Below, piece by piece: positions 47,930 to 61,133 of a DNA stretch of 64,000 bases. The notes under the pieces were generated by a model. It searched no databases. It was not told the DNA's origin and was given only the letters and a program-made list of their open reading frames with translations. The translations under genes and the position numbers were made by a program. The first letter of the stretch is position 1, and the number at the start of each line of letters is the position of its first letter. The DNA comes from Felis catus (lineage: Eukaryota). The stretch covers positions 7,688,001 through 7,752,000 of the forward strand of contig NC_058383.1 in assembly GCF_018350175.1 (NCBI RefSeq), given 5' to 3'.

Positions 47930-50900
47930 GTCCATTCATTGATTCAACAAACATCTTTGTACAAAGCATGGGAATAGTGAAATGCATAAGATATATTCCT
48001 GCTCTAGAGAAGTTTTGGTGTAGTGGGGAGCTCGGACATGCATGTAAGTGGGGTGAAATGGGGGCCCAGAGGAGGGAGGAGCTGCCTGTCTCTGAGAGTC
48101 CAGAGAGGCTCCTAGAAGTGAAGTTTGAGCTGAATTGTGAAGAACTAATAGGGTTCACTGGTGAACAAGGTGTGAAAGGTCTTCCACACAAAGACTGGCA
48201 TGTGCAAAGTTCTAGAGACATGAACATTTGTGGCCTATATGGAGTTAGGAGCTCAGTCTTGAAGGAGGGTTGCATATGAGCTGGTGGCAGAAACCAGAGT
48301 TAGGGGGAAATAAGACTGGAAAAGTAGTCAAAGACCAATTTGTTCATGCCTAAACTCTATTTTTATTTAGCAAACACAAAACATCTGTTTTTAAGTTTTT
48401 TAAAACAACTGTTCTAAGCACTTTATAAATGTTAAGTAGTTTAGTTCTCATCATGATCTGATTATTATCCCCACTTTGTAGGGGAAACAGGCATGGAGAG
48501 ATTATGTGACTTGCCCAAGGTCACTCAGCTGGTAAATGACAGAGCTGAGATTGGAACTGCGACATGTGAAAAGTATTGATCCTGGGGAAAATGTTGCTAT
48601 GCTTCTATTAATTTCAAGGATGTTCTCAAGGTGCCTTGCAGACACCAGGAATAAAATGGCTCATATAACTTGATGTGACTCTCCTAAGGTTTCATATCTA
48701 TCCTGGAAGATGGAGGGTTAAATAATTAATTCAATAAAGTCATCTGGAGGTTCGCACATTCCAGGCCCACAGTCAGGTTGGCCAAACCTGAACACCCGGT
48801 AATGATGTCAAAAGTAGTAGGTCCAGGACCCTCAGACCTCACACCTTGGACATGATTTGGCATCTTGTGAGGGTCTGTTCCTTGCTTTGGTGGGCTTCCC
48901 CCCCCCCCCCCCCGCCGTCCCAGTCCTCTGCCAGATAAATCAAGTGTCTTGGCTTCACGGGGAGCCCCTGCCTAGTGCAGGTGGCAAGGGCCCAGAAATA
49001 AACAGTCCAGTAAAGGCTGCAATAGGGACAGAGCCAGCACTGCAGTGGGGCACAGACAACAATGTGGTCAGGGAGGCGATATTCAAAAGAAGCTTGAGAA
49101 AATAAACAGGATTTCCCCAGCTGAAAAGGAAATAGAACTGGAGTTGGGGGGGAAGGCATTCTGAGAGGGGACAAGACCCAGCCCTGTGTGTTATGCAAAG
49201 AAGTTTGGGTCTTCTCCTGGAACCAATAGGGAACTAATGCATGGTTTTGAACAGCAAAGTTATATGATCTAATTTGCATTTTAGAAAGATATGTCTGGCA
49301 GCTATTTGGTAGACGAATAGAGAGGAACTGTCCTAGAGGACAGGATATAGGCAAAAACCAAGGTAATAGCATTCGGCATACAGTAGAAGGGATGGATTTC
49401 AGCAATATACAAAAGGTAGCATTGACAAGATTTAGCCACCAGTGACATGGATTGCTAGCCTTATATCACCAGCCATCTCCCTTTTTTCTTTATTAATACC
49501 GTTTTGGCTGTGTGTATGACGAAAGACCACCTTCCTTGCAACTGGCCAACCTCTGAGCAGAAGTTAGTGCTTCTGCTTAGCAGGAAAGAACTTGTGCTTT
49601 CCACCCTACCCCCCTTCTCAATGGACGAAATTCAGGTATGATTGTGGAAGCTGCTTGGGGCCCAATAGACACGGAGACGGAAGCTAGGGGTTCAGCATGG
49701 CAGAGATGTCCCCACAGTCCTGGAGGGTCTATTTTAAAGTGGTCTCTTCAGCCACTGAATTTTTGGGATTCTTTGTTATAGCAGCTTGGCCTATACAGTG
49801 ACTTGACCACCTTTGGATATGGGGAATGAGGGAGTGAGAAGCTCCTGAGGGGATAGTGACGCTGTTAACTAGGCCAGGAGATTCAGAGAAAGGGCAGGGT
49901 TGGGCAGGGTGGGGTGGGGTAGAAGAGGATTAATTTAGTTTTGAATGTGTTGAATGTGACATGTTTGTGATCAGAGGTGTGTAGTAAATGTTTTAACAAT
50001 CAGCCCTTCAGGCAAAGGCAGCTCTGATCTGAAGCAACTCCCAATTTCCATGGTGTAACTACTCCCACCCTGACAATTAAAAGTTACTGCTATCAACCTG
50101 ACTTCACTAAACAAGGAGTTGGGAAGAGAGGTGCACTCTGGGCTCTTGTGAGCTGGTCTGAACTGGCACAAGCTGACTCCAGCCCACCACTGTCTGGGGA
50201 CATCCAGGTGATGGTATTCAGGCTGCAGTTGGACATACACCAAGTCTACATCTGGGGAGAGATATCTGGGCTGGAGATGGAGCTTTGTGAGGTATGAGCA
50301 ATTAGGGGATAGTTAAAGTCACAGTAATAGAGGAAGTCACCAGTGAGAAAAGGAGGCTGACGTTGGGATCCTGTAGAAACTATGTTTACAGATGCCCTGC
50401 GGAGGAGGACGAGAGGACCAAGGAGAAGCCTGAGAAAGAAGAGTTAGAGGAAGGAGGAAGTGTCCCATGACTCGTGAGAGTCAGGGTCTCCACATGTCCT
50501 CTAGGGCTTCTGCTTTCTCAGACAAGTTGGTCGTCCACTGGCTACCTGTATATCCTTCTCCTCCCCCAAACCCCATCCTTCCCATTATCATCTAAAGAAG
50601 CTCCTACCAAAACCCAAATACCTTTATTTCAAATTCTCCTCTCACCACTGCCCCACCTTTCTACACCCCCTCCAAGACAAGATTCTCAGAGCTTTGGCCA
50701 CTTTGTCTCCACTGCCTCATTTCTCACCCTCAACCTATTGCAAGAAAAGCATTCATTGCAAGGGCTCCTGACAAAGTCACCCACGGCCTGCCTGTTTCTC
50801 AATGTCACGCACACTTCCCGGTGCAGGCTTGCCTCATCTCTCTGCAGCATAAAAACAGTTTTACCATTCCCTTTTTGGAATATTCTTTTCTTTTGGGTTC

Positions 50901-51425
50901 CAGAACTCCACATTCTCCTGATTTTCCTGTTAGCTCTCTGGCTTCTTCTTTGGCAGCTTCCTCTCCTCTGCCTGACCTCTAATGTTGGAGTTCCTCAGGG
51001 CTTGGTCTTAGGCCATCTTGTCTTTTCCCTGAACCTCTTTATGACTTCATCTGCTCTAAAACGCCACTCATTCTTAAGGCTCTATTCCAACTCATAGTCT
51101 TCTGCGGAGCCCCAGACCTGCGTTGACAACCACCCTCTGAGTGTTCTTCTGAGCACCTCTCCTAGGCACTGCAAACCTAACATGTCTCAACTTAAAATTT
51201 TTGATCTCCACCCTCCCCCCGCCAGTGTTCTGCTCTTAGTCAATGCACTTCCAAGCCACCAGCACTGATCGTCATTCCAACGATCATCTACCACTGCCTC
51301 CTCTGTAGATTATAACCTCCCTGCAGGCAGAGGAGGGTTCACAGTTCATGGTCATATCCTCAGTGCCCAGGACGGTGCCTGATGCATCACTGGGACTTAG
51401 GTGAATATTTGCTGAACGAGTTCAA
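47930..51425. mobile_element. Degenerate L2 and MIR fragments, including a MER63-like hAT element at 49972-50192
   Basis: L2 tails (CATTCATTGATTCAACAAAC; GAATATTTGCTGAACGA) and MIR core near 48410-48560. Degenerate TIRs CAGAGGTGTG / CCCACCACTG. Confidence 0.6.
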
Positions 51426-51525
51426 AGAAGCGTATTAGCATGGAAAGCAAAGCAAGAGGAAGCACTGTCAGATGTACTACAGAGATTAATAAAATTGGGT
51501 TCTAGTCCTAGGCGGCCAGTTTTTT

Positions 51526-51760
51526 CTTCCTTCCTTCCTTCCTTCCTTCCTTCCTTCCTTCCTTCCTTCCTTCCTTCCTTTCTTAATGTTTTATTTATTT
51601 TTGAGAGAGCACAAGTGGGGGAGGGGCAGAGAAAGAGAGAGAGAGAGGATCTGAAGTGGGCTCTGTGCTGACAGCAGTGAGTCTGATGTGGCGCTTGAAC
51701 TCATGAACCATGAGATCATGACCTGAGCCGAACTAACCGACTTAGCCACCAAGGTGCCTC
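51526..51760 (-). mobile_element. Can-SINE whose tail has become a (TTCC)n microsatellite (51526-51579)
   Basis: (TTCC)~13 followed by a SINE body. Confidence 0.8.
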
Positions 51761-52020
51761 TGGGCTACCAGTTTTTTAAGTGACTTTGGGGAAGTCACTT
51801 TGTCCATCTGTAGACTGAGAGGAAACTGAAGGAAATTATCTGTAAGGTCCCTTCCAAATGCTAATGCCTAATTGACATCTATCATCTACTGCTAATATAT
51901 CCTTGAACTGGTGAGGGCACATACATGGGATTTGTGCATAAGACTGACTTTGTTTTCTTATTTTCTGAAAAATAGTGTGCTGTGAAAACTTTTTGTAATG
52001 CCTATAAGAAGTGTCTGTTT

Positions 52021-52247
52021 TTTTTTTTTTTTTAATTTTTTTTTCAACGTTTATTTATTTTTGGGACAGAGAGAGACAGAGCATGAACGGGGGAGGGGCA
52101 GAGAGAGAGGGAGACACAGAATCGGAAGCAGGCTCCAGGCTCTGAGCCATCAGCCCAGAGCCTGACGCGGGGCTCGAACTCACGGACCGCGAGATCGTGA
52201 CCTGGCTGAAGTCGGACGCTTAACCGACTGCGCCACCCAGGCGCCCC
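52021..52247 (-). mobile_element. Young SINEC_Fc with perfect 15-bp TSD
   Basis: CpGs intact, long pure tail. AAGAAGTGTCTGTTT at 52006-52020 and 52248-52262. Confidence 0.93.
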
Positions 52248-52699
52248 AAGAAGTGTCTGTTTTGATACTTTCACTTTTCAATTGGATGAGGACTCAATGA
52301 AGGCTATTCGGTGACTTGAACCTTCCAAAGCATGTCCACAATCCGTCAGACTCTCATAACAATCCAACGTGACTTGCAGGGCAGACAGGAAGGCAACACT
52401 TTCATTCTCATTCCTTTACAGGGAGGGTCCACTGGAGGGTTACTCAAGAGGTTAGTATTGGTATCCCTGCACGTTAAGTCGCTAAAGCCACCCTGTTTCA
52501 TATCTCAACTCTGTAGCCCTAGGAATCTGTTTCCACTACTATAAAATGGGGACAATGCCAGTACTTAAATTCGCAGCACTGTCGTGAGGACTAAATAAGT
52601 ATGGACCTCAAAAAATAGGAGTTGTTATTACAGTGTCATGCAGCCCGGTAGAGTTCTACAAAAGCCCAGGGGGCAACGCTGGGGAACTTCCTGGGCATG

Positions 52700-55628
52700 G
52701 ATGGCTCCTCTCATCATTCTCAGGTTCAGGGTCCCGCACCATTCCTCGGGGACTTTCAGAAGCGTCCCTCTGCAGCCTCAAGGCCGACTGCTCCGTCCCG
52801 CGCGGGTAGGGATCTCTCGAGCTCTGTCCTGGACCTTGGAGGGGCGTGGTCTCACTGGAGCAGGGGCGTGCCTAACTCAGAACTGGGGCGTCAAGCTCCC
52901 CTACCCAGTCTGGAGCCGCCCAATCCGGGAGGGTGGGTCACGTGACCAGAGAGCGGTTTCTACCCCCCCCCCCTCCCCTGTGCCGATACCATCTCTTCCA
53001 GTCCCAGGGGGGATGTCCTGCTCCTTTTCAGAAAACGAAGCATTCTTTTTGGTCCGTTTTGCGTCGAAATAGTGTGGTGTGATATCTTTGTTGTGACGGG
53101 GTTAGTTCTTGCCCCTTAAGTGGTCTTTTGCCTTCTGGCCTCCCCCCACTAAGGAATTGGTCTCGCCCAGCCGGGCCCTGGGCGCGGCGGCGACGGCCGC
53201 GTCACTGGCGGGCGGGATCCCTCCGCTCTGGGGAGAGCAGCGCTGGACGGTTGAGTTGGGGTGACTGAGGAAATCCATCCGCGTCGCCGCCGCTGCCGCC
53301 TCCGCCGCGGAGGAAGACAGGACCTCCCGCGCTGCTCTAGCGACCCTTCGCAGAGTCCCACCGCCACAGGTACCTCCGCTGGCAAAAGGAGTCCTTCTCT
53401 CCCCCAGCCCCAAATTTCCGTGGGGGAACCTCTCTTCCTTCTGTCTCCTGGTCTGGCCTCTCGGGAGCGGACGTAGCACCCTAGACCTCCCCTCCCTTCC
53501 TCTGGCTCCGTCGCTCCCAAACCCGGAAGGGGAACTGGGGTGGGGGGGGGGACCCTTGTTCCCAGTAATGCACGCGCTCCTTGCACCGTCCGAGGCGTTT
53601 TGCCTGACCCCAGACCCTGTCGCAGCCCCTCCTGCCTCTTGCTCCCTGAGAAGTTTGGGGGCCAAATTCCGGGCTTTCTGTAGGCCCCGTCCCGCCCCCT
53701 TTCCCCCCCATCACCGCCCTCTCGTTTGCCTCTGGGTAGCACCCCTCGTGTCCTCTTTGCACCTCTGGCGGTATTCGCCTTGCAAAACTCCAGAATCTTC
53801 AGAGAGGCAGGCAAGGCCGCGAGGCCACCCTTCCCTTCGCCTCCACCCTACCCTCAGAACCCTTGGGTTCTGTCGGTGTTTTCTGGCCATATTACCCTAG
53901 ACCGGAGACCTCGGCACCCTGCTCCCTCTACTAGCCCTAACCTCAAGCCCAGCTCCTGGGCGCCCTCACCCCACGCCTAGCTTTCTTTTGGGCAAAATGG
54001 AGGTCGTGGGGGCCGAAGGGCCAGGCCCACTGCGCTTTGCAGCGCGGCACCGGCCCGCGCCTTCCAGCTGCCAGATCCGGGACCCTCCCATGTCCCCTCC
54101 CCTTCGCCCCGCCAGACCCGCGGAGGCGGTGGCACCCCTATTTCTCCTTAGGGCCCCGGCTACTGTATGCCCAGAATCCGGGGGCAGCCGAGGGGGCTCC
54201 GGCGAGTGATGGGGACTGAGGGCTGGGAGCGTCGCCCCCGCCCCCAGCGGCTTCTTCCTGGCCTGCTTCCTTCTGCCCCCAGCTTCTGGCGTTGCCGCCC
54301 GGCCTGGGCTGCTGGCGGCTAGAAGGAAGAGGCTTTGTCCTGAGCTGGGGCGGTGGAGTGGGAGACTCTGCCCCCCCCCCCCCGCTTTTTTGGAGGGGCA
54401 TCCCCCGGCGCGAGCGTAAAAAGCTGAACTGACAGAGGGGAAATGTCAGGGGGAAAGAGGAACGCCCAGGGCCTGGGGGAAGTGGGAGCTGGGTGGGGGA
54501 CGCCTGGGTCGGCAGAGTGCAGTGTGCATGGCCTGATCACACAGGTGTCCAAAGAGTGGGGCAGGACTCCGGGCCCTGGAGCGGAGCCAGCCTAGCCCCT
54601 GGGGCCCCGGCGCGGAGCCCAGGGACTGGGCTTCTGGGGTGCCGAGGGCGCGAGGCCGGGCCGCTTGGGGCCGCCAGCTCTCCCGCCCGCCCGCGCCTGG
54701 GAGAGAGCAGCTCCGCGCCTCGGGGCCAGGGACCTCTCCTCGGAGCACTAATTACTCGAGAACGGCTCCCACGGGCTTACTGCGGGCGCGCCGGGGCGGG
54801 CGGCCTCGGCGCTGGAGGGAGCAGCGACTAGGGGCTGCCTTCCCCTCCACCTTCGCCTCCGCCCGCCGGGGGCGGCTAATGGGGCGCAGCCGGCCCGGGG
54901 ATTATCCGGGGTGAGCCGTCCCGAACCTATTAGCGCCAATCGGCTTTCCCAAATCCTGTAAACAGCCACCCTGGCCGGTTCTGGGTCGGGGCGGGAGGCT
55001 GGGTCGGGCGGGGGCGATGGGGCCGGGGGTGGGGTCACCCACCCTACAGGTCTCTGCCGTGGATGCGGTTGCCTTGGCAACAGGGCTAGGGTGGGGGCAC
55101 TTCACCAATGAGGTGCTCTCAGTCCGGGTGACGGTTGCCTAGGCAACCCCACGAACAGCCCAGCTTCCCCCTCTGGTCTCCCCCACCCCAGTCGAAGCTG
55201 GGGTGTGTGTGGAGGGTGTGCGGCGTGTGGGGGTGAATTTAAAGAGGCACCGCCCCTTTTAAAATTAGGTGCTAGGAGGGCGGTGTCTGTGCGGCCCGGG
55301 AGGACGCCAGGTTTGTTTTCTAAGGGACTCTCCCCGCCCCCCCTCTCCGTCCCCCCCCCCCCTTCAGTTCCTGCCGCGGGTGTCCCGCCCGAGCTGCTGT
55401 CCGAGGGAGGGGTTTCCCCTGCGCTTCCTCTTGCACTTCCCGCTCCGTTTCCGGGGGGCGGAAGATTGGGGAAGTCAGCTTTTCCTGGGCAACATCCCTT
55501 CTGTGCCAGAGACCCCAATTCAGCCTGGGGGACCGCGGCCGCCGCTGCTGTCCCCTCCCCCCTCCGACCGGCGCTTACCCCTTCCGGGCCGGGCTTCAAC
55601 CCCGCCTTTTTCCCCCCTTCTTCTCCGG
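52700..55628 (+). promoter_or_regulatory. GNB2: GNB2 CpG island: promoter, non-coding exon 1 (about 53250-53369) and regulatory intron 1
   Basis: About 3 kb of CpG-rich sequence. Palindromic E-box GGTCACGTGACC at 52936-52947; GCC-rich leader ending CCGCCACAG|GTACC at 53369; X-boxes at 55068-55081 and 55133-55148. Confidence 0.75.
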
Positions 55629-56010
55629 NNNNNNNNNNNNNNNNNNNNNNNNNNNNNNNNNNNNNNNNNNNNNNNNNNNNNNNNNNNNNNNNNNNNNNNN
55701 NNNNNNNNNNNNNNNNNNNNNNNNNNNNNNNNNNNNNNNNNNNNNNNNNNNNNNNNNNNNNNNNNNNNNNNNNNNNNNNNNNNNNNNNNNNNNNNNNNNN
55801 NNNNNNNNNNNNNNNNNNNNNNNNNNNNNNNNGGGGAGGCTGAGCAGGCAGGGCCAGGTGGCCTGCACGTACTGGGTGGAGGGAGGGATTTGTGTGTGTG
55901 TGGCTATCCTAGTAGCTCGCTGTCTTCTCTCCACTCCCCTGTCACCTCTTTCCCTGTCTCCTCCTCGCCTCTCCTGTCTCTCTGATGGTTCTGCCATCCA
56001 TCTCTTACAG

Positions 56011-58040
<2,030 letters not shown>

Positions 58041-58384
58041 CAGCTGCCACCCCACTGAGCCCAGGCCAGGAGGGGCCCTGCCCATGCCCACACTACAGAC
58101 CGGGAGCTTTGGGGCTGGGTGCACACCAAGCCCCCCTCCCCGGGCCACTGGGCCTTGGGTCCCTGCTCCCCTACCCAGGTTTGGTTCCTCCCGGGGGCCC
58201 CCACTGTGGAGATGAAGATGGGATAGAATGGGGGGAGAGGAGGGGCAGAAAGCCCTCATCCTTTTGCTGCCCTGGGGTTGGGGCCTCATCCCTCTGGAGG
58301 GCCAGAGGCAGGAGGTAGAAACTCCAGGGGCTGGCTTTTTTAAAACTGGTTTTATTTTAATTTTTATTATATTTTCAGTTTTTC

Positions 58385-58390
58385 CATAAA
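58385..58390 (+). terminator. GNB2: GNB2 variant polyadenylation signal CATAAA
   Basis: No AATAAA in the 3'UTR. CATAAA follows a long T-rich upstream element (about 58336-58384) and has GT-rich sequence downstream. Confidence 0.55.
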
Positions 58391-58753
58391 GGAACCAATT
58401 CCAACTCTGTACCTGGTCTCTACCCTTGTGTCTTTCTCAGTGCAGATCTCTGTCCCCAGGGCAGACAAGGGGGGGTAGGGGTGGGCAGGGGTTTGGGCCC
58501 TTGTAAGTAAGGACCAGAGAGAAACTCCCACTCCTTCTCCAGCCTAAGGGGAAGTCAAGCAGGAGGACCTGCCCAGCAGGGCCACAGGTGCTCCCACACA
58601 CACACACACACACACAGCCCTCAGACTCTGGCTGGCTGACCACAGCTGCCCCGGCCCACAGCTCAGTTCCTAGCTCAGAGCTGTCTTTCCAATCACAATG
58701 CCCCTTTCCCCAAGACAAGACACAGAATCAAGAGGGGAGAACACACACCAAGT

Positions 58754-58759
58754 TTTATT
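58754..58759 (-). terminator. GIGYF1: GIGYF1 polyadenylation signal AATAAA
   Basis: Plus-strand TTTATT with a TG-rich downstream element on the minus strand; implies a 3'UTR of about 2.4 kb. Confidence 0.7.
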
Positions 58760-61133
58760 GGGGGAAGGGGAATATTTACAGGGGCAGGTAGAAGAGAGGG
58801 GAGTCACACAGGGTGAGGGTGGGGGAGATTGTGGGTCCAAGGCAGACAAGGGGATACAGAACAGCCCCTGCACCCACCCCAACCCAGGAGGGTGGGAGAG
58901 CAGCTGGGGCCCAGGAAGACGGGTGGGAAAGGACAGCAATGGGGGTGNNNNNNNNNNNNNNNNNNNNNNNNNNNNNNNNNNNNNNNNNNNNNNNNNNNNN
59001 NNNNNNNNNNNNNNNNNNNNNNNNNNNNNNNNNNNNNNNNNNNNNNNNNNNNNNNNNNNNNNNNNNNNNNNNNNNNNNNTCAAAGTCTCTTTAGCTGGGG
59101 GGAAGGGGAAGGAAGAAACAGGGAAGAGTGTCACCCCCCTCCCCTGCATTGGCTGCGGCAGGGGTGGGGGCGGTTACATTCAGTCACAACAGTACTCCCC
59201 CGACACCTCTAATGCTGCCAAATACTGGCGTGAGGAAGGGGGGAGCTGGGGGGCCAGCAGCAGCAAGACATTTCCCCCTGGCCCATCACCCCCTTATTGC
59301 TTTAGAGAGAATATTGTCTTTTCACGGACGCTAACACTGTTGAAACCAGGGAGAAGCAGGTGGAGGGTGCCCCTCCACCCCCGAGGCCAGCTTTATCCCC
59401 CAACACTGACCCAGTTGCCACTTTGGTGCAAAACAAAACAAAACAAAACAAAAAAAGAACAAAAAAAATGTGGTCTAAGAATGGATGGGGAAAGAAAATG
59501 GGCCACTCCCCATTTCCCCAGGGCAGGAAGGACAAATACATTCATGGAGGGGAGGCAGTGGCAGATTCCTGCCCTAATACTGCACTCTGAGCAATGAGGT
59601 CAATGGGAGAAGTTAGATGAGAAACCCAAAAGATACAACAAACTGTTAAAAAAAAAAGAAAAGAAAAGAAAAACACACACAAATGGAGACAAACCCAGGC
59701 AGGTGATTGGGAATGAGAAGTTGGTGAGCAACAGAAGGGTGGCCTTCCCCTGACCCAGGAGAGACAACACTTCTATTCTTGACCCCCACACCTTACCCAA
59801 CATTAAAAACGCATCAGGGGAGCAGGGAGGGGGAGAGGCCACCGGCTCCTCTCCCATTTGGTCAATGGGGGGGGGGGGGGGTTCAGAGCAGGGCTGGGTG
59901 GTCCACTTCCCACACAGCTGGCTGCAGGCGGGGGGAGCTCCATTCTGACAGCCCCCACACTGCAACCCGAAGCCCCATGCTGCCCACTCCCTTGGCCTCC
60001 TAGGCCCTCCTCTTGCCCCTTTCACAGGAGAAAACAGTCAGTAAGTGGTGCCTCTCTCTCCAGCTCCCGGAGGAACTGCTCTACTCCCACCTCGCACGGG
60101 GTTGAGGCAGAAGGCGCAGCAGGGGCTTGTGGCCCAAAGAATACATTCATGTGGCAAGGCAGGGAGCTGAGGCTTTCAGCTTCACACCCAGGCCGTCCCC
60201 CCAAATGGCAGCAGTGGGGGAAGCCCCTCACCAGGGCCAGAGTGGAAGTTCCGTCACCCTGACGGCCAGAAGAGATTGGCACCGGCTGGCCCTCTCCCCC
60301 TCCCCACCGTCAGCCAGCACAGGATGGCAGCCTAGAGAGCTGAGGCGGCCCGGCCCATTTGTGCAACTTTCCCCTAAAGCAGCAAAGCCAAGGGGCTACT
60401 TTGGCCCCCACCACGGACACCTCTGCCATGGTCACAGCAACAAAGGGAGCCGTTCACAGCGGGTCCGGCCGGCGGGGCTGAGGGGGCCTCGCTGTGCAAA
60501 CTGCTGGCACCCCAGCTTCCAGTTACCCCAATGGCCCACTCTGCGGGGCAGGGAGGGTAAGTGCAGCCTTGGGGGCCAGGCAGGACAGGTCCATGGGGCC
60601 TGTGTCCCCACTGCCCCAAAATAACAGTGTGTTTTTTTCCTNNNNNNNNNNNNNNNNNNNNNNNNNNNNNNNNNNNNNNNNNNNNNNNNNNNNNNNNNNN
60701 NNNNNNNNNNNNNNNNNNNNNNNNNNNNNNNNNNNNNNNNNNNNNNNNNNNNNNNNNNNNNNNNNNNNNNNNNNNNNNNNNNNNNNNNNNNNNNNACAGG
60801 GGGAAGGGGTGCTTAGAGTCTAGTTTTTAACAATTTTTTTTTGTCTCTCCTAACAGTTTTCTTCAATGCGGTTTAAAATGCTTTTTAAAAAACAAAACAA
60901 ACAAAAAAAAAAACCCAAAAAACAAAAAAAACCAAAAACCCTTCCCCCCCAATCTGTAAAGTGCCTCGTGGTGGGTGAGTTAAGGTGCATCGTGTGGTTT
61001 GTAACAAGTGCTGGGGACCCTGCCCCTGCTTCCTCCTATGCTCCCGTGGGGAGCCTGCAGGCTGGGGACCCAAGGGTCCAAGCCGCTGCTGCTGCCCCTG
61101 GCCTACAGCCCAGGGGCTGGTGGGACGGGCTGG

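Noticed and set aside
58670-59597. 299-aa and related ORFs
   Set aside because: They span an N gap and lie within or antisense to the GIGYF1 3'UTR.
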